NCBI GenBank assembly: GCA_965220305.1
Contig: OZ244817.1
Location: 1,571,919 to 1,635,918 of the forward strand
From: Dehalococcoidia bacterium
GTDB lineage: Bacteria > Chloroflexota > Dehalococcoidia > Lucifugimonadales > UBA3495
DNA length: 64,000 bases
Direction of reading: 5' to 3'
The position numbers and the translations under genes are program-made. The notes under the pieces are model-generated. The model was not told the DNA's origin and did not search any database. It was given only the letters and a program-made list of their open reading frames with translations. Positions 27,820 to 34,972 of this stretch are shown here, piece after piece (positions within the stretch are counted from its first letter, which is position 1; each line of letters opens with the position of its first letter).

Positions 27820-28259
27820 AGACCAAGTCCTATTGTCTCAAGCTAGATACCCAGCAAGCGCCGGAGTTCATTGATATTACCGATTGGGTGTGTCAATGCG
27901 TATCTACTTCCAAGGTCAGCAACGGTTTCGCCGTTGTTTTTTCCAAGCATACCACCGCGGCGGTAAAGATTAACGAGAACGAGCCGCTGCTGCTACAGGA
28001 CATGACCGCCTTCCTGGAGAAAATCTCGCCCCGCAACGGCGAGTACCAGCACAACAACTTCGAGATTCGCACCGTGAACATGAACGAGGACGAGTCTCCC
28101 AACGGCCATGCCCACCTGCAACACCTGCTGCTGGGCACCAGCGAGACGATTCCCGTCATCGACGGCGCAATGCAGTTTGGCCGTTACCAGAGCATCTTCT
28201 TCATCGAGTTGGACCACCCCCGTCCTCGGGAGGTGATGGTGCAAGTCGTAGGGGAATAA
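27816..28259 (+). CDS. yjbQ: YjbQ/UPF0047 family protein ('secondary thiamine-phosphate synthase')
   Basis: FAVVFSKHTTAAVKINENEP...HNNFEIRTVN...NGHAHLQHLLLGTSETIPV..G.MQFGRYQSIFFIELD. ATGA overlap with the shc stop. Confidence 0.85.
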   Translation: MKTKSYCLKLDTQQAPEFIDITDWVCQCVSTSKVSNGFAVVFSKHTTAAVKINENEPLLLQDMTAFLEKISPRNGEYQHNNFEIRTVNMNEDESPNGHAHLQHLLLGTSETIPVIDGAMQFGRYQSIFFIELDHPRPREVMVQVVGE

Positions 28260-28260
28260 C

Positions 28261-29262
28261 ATGCCTTCGGCTGGCAGCCCTCCTGCACCACCCGGCGGCG
28301 CCAGCGTTGCCGAGGCCTACCGCTATTGCCAGCGGCTGGCCCAGACTCACTACGAAAACTTCACCGTGGGGTCCTGGCTGGCGCCCAGGGAGAAACGGCG
28401 GCACATCTACGCCGTTTACGCCTACTGCCGTTTCGTGGACGACCTGGGTGATGAGGCCGCGCCGCAGCTTGCCTCCGCGGAGGAAGGCAAGGAACTGTCC
28501 TCCCCGCCAGCGGCGGATGTGGGCGCCCACCGCCTGGCCCTCCTGGACTGGTGGGAGCGGGAACTGGAAGCCTGCTACTCCGGCGTTCCCAGCCACCCGG
28601 TGACCGTGGCCTTGCAGGAGACCATCAGGACTTTTCAGCTACCCCCGGAGCCCTTCCTCAAACTGATTGAGGCCAATCGCATGGACCAGCGCGTCAACCG
28701 CTACGCCAGCTACGCCGACCTGCTCCACTACTGCGACCATTCCGCCAACCCGGTGGGCCGCCTGTTCCTCTACCTCTTCGGATACCGGGACGCGGAACGC
28801 CAGCAGTTGGCCGACCATACCTGCACCGCGCTGCAACTGACCAATTTCTGGCAGGATGTGGCCCGGGACTTTCAGAAAGGCCGGGTGTATTTGCCCCAGG
28901 AAGACTTGGACCGCTTCGGTTATACTGGGGAAGAGTTGGCCCGGGGCGCGGTGAACGAGAACTTCCGCCGGCTTCTGTCCTTCCAGGTTGAACGGGCCAG
29001 GCGGCTTTTCGGCGAAGGGGCGGCCCTGGTGGATACCCTGGACGGCGCGGTCAAGCTGGATGTGGCCCTGTTCACCCGGGGCGGCGTGGCCGTACTGGAC
29101 GCCATCCGCCGGCAGGACTACGATGTCCTGACCGCCCGGCCCAGTTTGTCCCGCCGCCGCAAGGCGGGGCTGTTCGCCTCCACCTGGCTGACCTGGAAAC
29201 TCGGGTTGGGACTCGGGCTGCCCCGCTACTCCCACGAAGCGGGGAGCCGGGGCCGGGCCTAG
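28261..29262 (+). CDS. hpnC: hydroxysqualene synthase HpnC
   Basis: QTHYENFTVGSWLAPREKRRHIYAVYAYCRFVDDLGDE...QLTNFWQDVARD. Confidence 0.85.
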   Translation: MPSAGSPPAPPGGASVAEAYRYCQRLAQTHYENFTVGSWLAPREKRRHIYAVYAYCRFVDDLGDEAAPQLASAEEGKELSSPPAADVGAHRLALLDWWERELEACYSGVPSHPVTVALQETIRTFQLPPEPFLKLIEANRMDQRVNRYASYADLLHYCDHSANPVGRLFLYLFGYRDAERQQLADHTCTALQLTNFWQDVARDFQKGRVYLPQEDLDRFGYTGEELARGAVNENFRRLLSFQVERARRLFGEGAALVDTLDGAVKLDVALFTRGGVAVLDAIRRQDYDVLTARPSLSRRRKAGLFASTWLTWKLGLGLGLPRYSHEAGSRGRA

Positions 29263-29263
29263 A

Positions 29264-30166
29264 GTGTCCGTGAAAGGGCGGTCCGCCGTGATCGATTTGG
29301 CACAAGCCTATGAGGAATGCCGGCTGGTTACCCGCAGGGAAGCCAAGAATTTCTACTACGCCTTCCTCACCCTCCCCGCAGAGCGGCGGCGCGCCATCTA
29401 CGTGGCCTACACCTTTTGCCGCTACTGCGACGACTCGGTGGACTCCCAAACTTCCGGCGACGAAAAGCTGGCGACACTAACTGAATTGCGTCGCAAGCTG
29501 GCTTTGACCTATCGGGGCCAGGCTGACCAGCCGGTGTTCCTGTGCCTGGCCGACATTGCCCAGCAGTACGATATTCCCGAGGAGTATTTCCAGGAAGTGC
29601 TGGCGGGAGTGGAGGCCGACCTGGTAAAAGACCGCTACCAGGACTTCGAGGAGCTACGTCAGTATTGCTACCGGGTAGCCTCGGTGGTGGGCCTCATCTG
29701 CCTGCAAATTTTCGGTTACAAAGACCCCAGGGCCCGGGACCACGCCATCGACCTGGGCCTGGCGATGCAGTTGACCAACATCATCCGGGACGTGCGGGAA
29801 GACCTGGAGATGGGCCGCATCTATCTTCCCCAGGAGGAACTGGCCCAGTTCGGTTACTCCGAGGAAGACCTGCAAGCGGGAAGGGTCAACGAGTCTTTCA
29901 CCAACCTGATGCGCTTCCAAGCCCGGCGGGCGCGAGGATACTTTGGTAACGGCTTTCTACTCCTGCCTTACCTGTCGCCACGCACCCGGGCCTGCCCGGC
30001 GGTGCTGGGACAAATTTACAACAAGGTGTTGGACCGGATTGAGCTGGCCGATTACGATGTGCTACACCATAGAATCAGCCTCAGCACCACCGAGAAGCTA
30101 CGGGTCATGGCCCAGACATGGCTAACCAGCATGTTGCCCCATCGGCTGCCCAACCCGACGTTGTAG
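29264..30166 (+). CDS. hpnD: presqualene diphosphate synthase HpnD
   Basis: TRREAKNFYYAFLTLPAERRRAIYVAYTFCRYCDDSVD...QLTNIIRDVRED; GTG start 1 nt after the hpnC stop. Confidence 0.85.
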   Translation: MSVKGRSAVIDLAQAYEECRLVTRREAKNFYYAFLTLPAERRRAIYVAYTFCRYCDDSVDSQTSGDEKLATLTELRRKLALTYRGQADQPVFLCLADIAQQYDIPEEYFQEVLAGVEADLVKDRYQDFEELRQYCYRVASVVGLICLQIFGYKDPRARDHAIDLGLAMQLTNIIRDVREDLEMGRIYLPQEELAQFGYSEEDLQAGRVNESFTNLMRFQARRARGYFGNGFLLLPYLSPRTRACPAVLGQIYNKVLDRIELADYDVLHHRISLSTTEKLRVMAQTWLTSMLPHRLPNPTL

Positions 30167-31596
30167 TCCTGGGCGGGGGCATCGCCGGTATCGCCACCGC
30201 CCTGCGCCTGCTGGAAGGGGGCTGCCGCGTGACCCTGGTGGAGACCCGCCGCTTCCTGGGAGGCCGGGTCTTTTCCTTCACCGACTCCCAGACCGGCATC
30301 CCGGTGGACAACGGCCAGCACGTCATCGTTGGCTGCTGCCATAACTTCATCGGTCTCCTACAGCGGCTGGGGGTGTGGGACCGTTGGTACCTGCAACGTC
30401 GGCTGCACATCAACGTTTGGGACCGCCGGGGCCGGCGGGGAAGGCTGGCCACGTCTCCTTTGCCCTCTCCCTTCCACCTGTTGCCGTCCTTCCTGACCTA
30501 CGCCCACCTGGGAATGGGGGACAAGCTGCGGATTGTGTGGGCCCTGGCCCGGGCCAGGTTCACCGATAGACACCGGCCCGACCTGGAAAGCAGGAGCTTC
30601 CGCCAATGGTTGGTTGAGCAGGGGCAGACTCAGCGGGCTATGGACAACTTCTGGTCCCTGATAATTACCCCCATCCTCAACGACGATATTCAGGACGTTA
30701 GCGCATCTATGGGCATCATGGTTATCCAGGAGGGAATGCTGGCCGGCTATCACGACGCCGACATGGGCTACGCCCTTCGGGGGTTGTCCGACTCCCTGGG
30801 AGGACCGGCGCGGCAACGTCTTGAAGAACTGGGCTGCCGGGTGATGCTGGGCTGCCCGGTACGTCGACTGCTCTGGGACGGCCAGCAGGTGGAGGGGGTG
30901 GAGCTGGCTTCTGGCGAAACCATCACCGCCGACTTCTACGTCAGCGCGTTGCCCCATTACGCCTTGCGGTCGGCCCTGCCCCAGGAGGCGGGGCGATTGC
31001 CCTTCTTCCAGCAGATAGAGGGGCTGGAAACGTCCCCCATCGTCAACATTCACCTGTGGTACGACCGCCCGGTGATGGAGGGCGACTTCATCGCCCTGGT
31101 GGACAGCCCGCTGCAATGGGTATTCAACCGCAGCGAATTCATGGTTGGCGCAGACCAGGGCCCGGGCCAGCCTCCCGCCGCTGCGCCGACCCAGGGCGGA
31201 ATCCCGGCGAGCCGGGAGGGACAGTACATTTGCATCTCCCACAGCGCCGCCTGGAAGTACATCGACTGGGCCAGGGAAGACCTGGTGCGGGAATTCACCG
31301 GCGAGATGGCCCGGGTGTTTCCCCGGGCCGCCGAGGCACGGGTGGTGCGGGCCCTGGTGGTCAAGCAGCGGGACGCCACCTTCCGGTGCCTGCCGGGAGC
31401 CAACGGCCATCGCCCCGGCAGTGTCACCCCCCTGCCCAACCTCCTCCTCGCCGGCGAGTGGACCAACACCGGCTGGCCTTCCACCATGGAGGGGGCGGCG
31501 CTCAGCGGGTACAAGGCCGCCCTTGCGGTTATGGAGGCTTGGGAGACCCGGGGCGAGGGGGAATCGGCTAAGATAAGGGAAAGCCCAGTCGGGTGA
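30118..31596 (+). CDS. hpnE: hydroxysqualene dehydroxylase HpnE (FAD-dependent amine-oxidase fold)
   Basis: DVVVLGGGIAGIATALRLLEGGCRVTLVETRRFLGGR dinucleotide-binding motif; C-terminus LLAGEWTNTGWPSTMEGA. Confidence 0.85.
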   Translation: MANQHVAPSAAQPDVVVLGGGIAGIATALRLLEGGCRVTLVETRRFLGGRVFSFTDSQTGIPVDNGQHVIVGCCHNFIGLLQRLGVWDRWYLQRRLHINVWDRRGRRGRLATSPLPSPFHLLPSFLTYAHLGMGDKLRIVWALARARFTDRHRPDLESRSFRQWLVEQGQTQRAMDNFWSLIITPILNDDIQDVSASMGIMVIQEGMLAGYHDADMGYALRGLSDSLGGPARQRLEELGCRVMLGCPVRRLLWDGQQVEGVELASGETITADFYVSALPHYALRSALPQEAGRLPFFQQIEGLETSPIVNIHLWYDRPVMEGDFIALVDSPLQWVFNRSEFMVGADQGPGQPPAAAPTQGGIPASREGQYICISHSAAWKYIDWAREDLVREFTGEMARVFPRAAEARVVRALVVKQRDATFRCLPGANGHRPGSVTPLPNLLLAGEWTNTGWPSTMEGAALSGYKAALAVMEAWETRGEGESAKIRESPVG

Positions 31597-31628
31597 GGCC
31601 ATTTAGCCGTGGCCTTCCCCCACCTCCA

Positions 31629-31660
31629 CCCCTGGATTCCCGCCTTCCCGGGAATGGCGG
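31629..31660 (-). repeat. REP-like palindromic unit
   Basis: cccctggattcccgccttcccgggaatggcgg. Confidence 0.7.
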
Positions 31661-31775
31661 GTCCCTCGCATTCCAATATGCGATTGCCCTGACGGGTTGC
31701 CCATCCCAGGTGACGCCTACCCTCGTTTGGTTTAAACTTTAGTCCGGCAAATTCAGACTTACGAGGTGCTCTGGC

Positions 31776-32453
31776 TTGGACCAGTGGGAGAAGCAGCGGC
31801 AAGACCTGACGGAAGCGACGGTGGAGATGTACCGCCGGGGGCTGGTGGGGGCCTACAGCGGCAATACCAGCCTCCGCTTGGAAGGCTCGGGGGGCGACGG
31901 CTTGCTGCTGGTCACGCCAACCCACCATCCCTACTACCGGCTCAAGCCGGAAGAACTTGTGGTGGTTGATCTACAGGGAGAGCCAATCGCACCAGGCGGC
32001 ATGAAGCCCTCTTCGGAGACCAAACTGCACCTGGAAATCTACCGCCAGCGGGAAGATGTGGCGGCGGTAGTCCACACCCACTCCATCTACGCCTCGGTGG
32101 CCTCGGTGGCCGGTCGAGAAGTGCCGGCAATCATCGACGAAATGATTTTCACCCTGGGCGGTAGTGTGCGAGTCGCCGATTATGCCTTTCCGGGAACCGA
32201 CGAATTGGCCCAGGCCGCCTATCGCGCCCTGGGAGACCGGAACGCCGCCCTGCTGCGCAACCACGGCGTGGTGGGCGTGGGCCCGGATATTTGGGAGGCG
32301 CTGGAGGTCTGCGACCTGGTGGAGCGGCTGGCCCAGATTTTCGTTCTTTCCCAGGCCTTCGGACCGGGGGGAGCCAACCCCCTTCCTCCGGACGTTGTTC
32401 GCCGGGAACAGCAACTCTATCAAGAGAGCCGCCAGCATTCCCCCGAGGGTTGA
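31776..32453 (+). CDS. class II aldolase/adducin-family protein
   Basis: GNTSLRL...LLVTPT...KPSSETKLHLEIYR...AVVHTHSIYA; TTG start. Confidence 0.75.
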   Translation: MDQWEKQRQDLTEATVEMYRRGLVGAYSGNTSLRLEGSGGDGLLLVTPTHHPYYRLKPEELVVVDLQGEPIAPGGMKPSSETKLHLEIYRQREDVAAVVHTHSIYASVASVAGREVPAIIDEMIFTLGGSVRVADYAFPGTDELAQAAYRALGDRNAALLRNHGVVGVGPDIWEALEVCDLVERLAQIFVLSQAFGPGGANPLPPDVVRREQQLYQESRQHSPEG

Positions 32454-32611
32454 GGCCGTGTCCAGATATTCGAGGCCCAACAGCAAAGTCGCAGCCTTGG
32501 AGGGCGGACCGGCCTTTGGCCGCGGGCGGCCCCCTGCCAGGCCGCCCATCCAGGAAACTCTAAGGTGTTGAACGGCCCGCCGGGCCCGGTATCCACTGGG
32601 GACTGCCGCCC

Positions 32612-33568
32612 ATGACCGGGCCTTCCAACGTGGTGGCTGTTACGGGCGCATCCGGCTATATCGGGGCCCGCCTGCTCCAACAACTGGAGGAAGAGGGCCT
32701 GGACAAGCTGGTAGCCTTCGACACGCGGCCACCGCCCTATCCTATCCACAACATCGCTGTTTACCGCCACGACGTGGAAAAGCCCATCGTAGACATCCTG
32801 CGCCAGTGGAGCGTCTCCACCCTGGTCCACCTGGCCTTCGACGGCAAGCGAGGAAGCAGCCGCCGGGACATGGGGGACATCCAGCAGGCCAATTTGCGGG
32901 CCCTGAACGCCGTTATAGGCTCCTGCGTCCAGGCCCGGGTTTCTCATCTGATTTACCTCAGCTCTCACACTGTCTACGGCGCGCGGCCCAACAATCCGGT
33001 GCCCATAACCGAAAGGTCTCCCTTGAGTCCCATCCCGGTTTCCCCCTTCGGCTATACCAAGACCCTGTCGGAGCAGGTCTTGGCGGCCTTCGGTGAGCGC
33101 CATCCCGAAATAAGAGTCACCATCCTGCGGCCCTGCTCCGTTTTGGGGCCCAGCGCCAGCAACGACCTGAGCCGCGTCTTCCTGCACCCCGGGTACCTGG
33201 AGATATGGGGGCGCAATCCACCCCTACAATTCCTGCACGAAGACGACCTGGCCCGTATCATTACCGCGCTCATCCAGCGGGGACTGGCGGGGATTTTCAA
33301 CGTGGCCGGTGAGGGCGTGGCTTTCCACCGCGAAGTTGGCGAGATAGTACACCGCAAGCCCCTGAGTCTGCCCACCTTCCTGGCGGGGCCCTTGGTCGAG
33401 TTTACCTGGCAACTGGGGCTACAGAACGGTACTACCAGGGGCGAGCTGAACCTATCCCGCTTCCCGGTGCTGTTGAGCACCGCCAAGCTGGAGGCGGCCA
33501 CCGGCTACCACCCCCGTTACACTTCCCTGGAATCCGTAACCGCCTTCGCCAACACGGTGTTGCCATAG
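32612..33568 (+). CDS. NAD-dependent epimerase/dehydratase (extended SDR)
   Basis: VAVTGASGYIGARLL...; YGYTK (YxxxK). Confidence 0.75.
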   Translation: MTGPSNVVAVTGASGYIGARLLQQLEEEGLDKLVAFDTRPPPYPIHNIAVYRHDVEKPIVDILRQWSVSTLVHLAFDGKRGSSRRDMGDIQQANLRALNAVIGSCVQARVSHLIYLSSHTVYGARPNNPVPITERSPLSPIPVSPFGYTKTLSEQVLAAFGERHPEIRVTILRPCSVLGPSASNDLSRVFLHPGYLEIWGRNPPLQFLHEDDLARIITALIQRGLAGIFNVAGEGVAFHREVGEIVHRKPLSLPTFLAGPLVEFTWQLGLQNGTTRGELNLSRFPVLLSTAKLEAATGYHPRYTSLESVTAFANTVLP

Positions 33569-33627
33569 GCGACATTCCCCCACGGTGGTTCTGCCCGGTC
33601 ACCCTGGGCGAGTGGGAGACGTACCCA

Positions 33628-33657
33628 GTGTAGGAGCGCACAGCCGTGCGCCCTTAC
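33628..33657. repeat. palindromic REP unit (TAGGxGCGCACxGCCGTGCGCCC family)
   Basis: gtgtaggagcgcacagccgtgcgcccttac; a second copy lies at 58726-58754. Confidence 0.6.
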
Positions 33658-33695
33658 GGCGACAGGGGCCAAAGCTGCAAGAGGCGAATTCCGTT

Positions 33696-34637
33696 ATGAA
33701 ACTGATACTGGATACCGACCCCGGGGTGGACGATGCCATCGCCATCCTGATGGCCCTGGCGGGCAGTGTACCTAGACCCGAGGGCGGCGCCACCCTGGAA
33801 CTGCTGGGGTTATCCACAGTGGGCGGCAACGTTCCCCTGGCCCGGGGCACCCGCAACGCCCTGGCCTTGCTGGAGTACGCCGGACGCCGGGAGGTCCCGG
33901 TGGCCCGGGGGAGCGCCCGTCCTCTGGGCGGAGCCTTCCCCTATTCCTACGACTTCCACGGCAAAGGGGGCCTCTCCCGGCGCTTGCCGGAGCCGCAGAT
34001 TGGGCCAGCGGCCTCCAACGCCCCGGACTTCCTGGCCGACCAACTGACCGGCAACCCCGGGCAGGTTGTCCTGGTGGCCCTGGGGCCTCTGACCAACCTG
34101 GCCCGCTTGCAACAACGTTACCCCGGGGCCCTGGCCCAAGCCCGCTCCCTGGTGGTGATGGGCGGAGCCGTCAATACGTCCGGCAACTCAACGCCCCATG
34201 CCGAGTTCAACTTCTACAGCGACCCGCTGGCCGCCCACCTGGTGGTCAGCTCCGGCGCGCCCCTGACCCTGGTGGACCTGGGCGCATGCCGACGGGTATT
34301 CATTGACCGGCAAGCGGGGGAGAGCCTGAAGTCCGAGAGTCGCCCGGGGATATTGGCGGCGCAGTTGTTGGGCAACTGGTTCCGGCAGCGCCCCCAGCGA
34401 GACCGGTTCGAGCTGTACGACCCCCTGGCCCTGGCCGCTGCCCTGGACCCGGACATTCTCAGGACCCGACGGGTATTCATGGAAGTGGAGACGGAGGACC
34501 CGGTACAGAAGGGGGCCAGCCGCATCACCGGCGAGGGCGGGACTGTCTCCATCGTTGAAGAGGTGGAACGGGTCCGGTGCCTTGGCCTCATCGGCAGCCT
34601 GCTGGGGCTGGAAGGGCTGGGAGCCAGTCGTAGGTAG
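33696..34637 (+). CDS. inosine/uridine-preferring nucleoside hydrolase family protein
   Basis: MKLILDTDPGVDDAIAILMAL, the N-terminal DxDxxxDD hallmark. Confidence 0.85.
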   Translation: MKLILDTDPGVDDAIAILMALAGSVPRPEGGATLELLGLSTVGGNVPLARGTRNALALLEYAGRREVPVARGSARPLGGAFPYSYDFHGKGGLSRRLPEPQIGPAASNAPDFLADQLTGNPGQVVLVALGPLTNLARLQQRYPGALAQARSLVVMGGAVNTSGNSTPHAEFNFYSDPLAAHLVVSSGAPLTLVDLGACRRVFIDRQAGESLKSESRPGILAAQLLGNWFRQRPQRDRFELYDPLALAAALDPDILRTRRVFMEVETEDPVQKGASRITGEGGTVSIVEEVERVRCLGLIGSLLGLEGLGASRR

Positions 34638-34665
34638 TGTATTCGGGCAGGCCTCCACCCCTACC

Positions 34666-34695
34666 GTCATACCGGCGGAGGCCGGAATCCAGGGG
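34666..34695 (+). repeat. REP-like palindromic unit
   Basis: gtcataccggcggaggccggaatccagggg. Confidence 0.7.
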
Positions 34696-34711
34696 TAGGG
34701 GGATTGCGCAA

Positions 34712-34782
34712 GCCAGCACTTTAGACCCTTTGCTCTGCTCAGGGTGATGATGGGCATTCCCCATGTCATTCTGAGGGGCTTG
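34712..34782 (+). repeat. about 70-bp direct repeat, copy A
   Basis: ccagcactttagaccc...ctcagggtga..atgggcattccccatgtcattctgaggggcttgc; repeated at 34895-34964. Confidence 0.8.
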
Positions 34783-34894
34783 CCCCGAAGAATCTAAAAT
34801 GCCCGAACTTAACAAGGCTCAGGATTTCCATGACCCATTGCCAAGGGCAAGCCAGGCCCACCGCCGACTTCTCCATCCCAAGGGCATCCACCAC

Positions 34895-34964
34895 CAGCAC
34901 TTTAGACCCTTCGCCGAGCTCAGGGTGACAATGGGCATTCCCCATGTCATTCTGAGGGGCTTGC
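34895..34964 (+). repeat. about 70-bp direct repeat, copy B
   Basis: See 34712-34782; a few mismatches. Confidence 0.8.
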
Positions 34965-34972
34965 GGGGAAAG

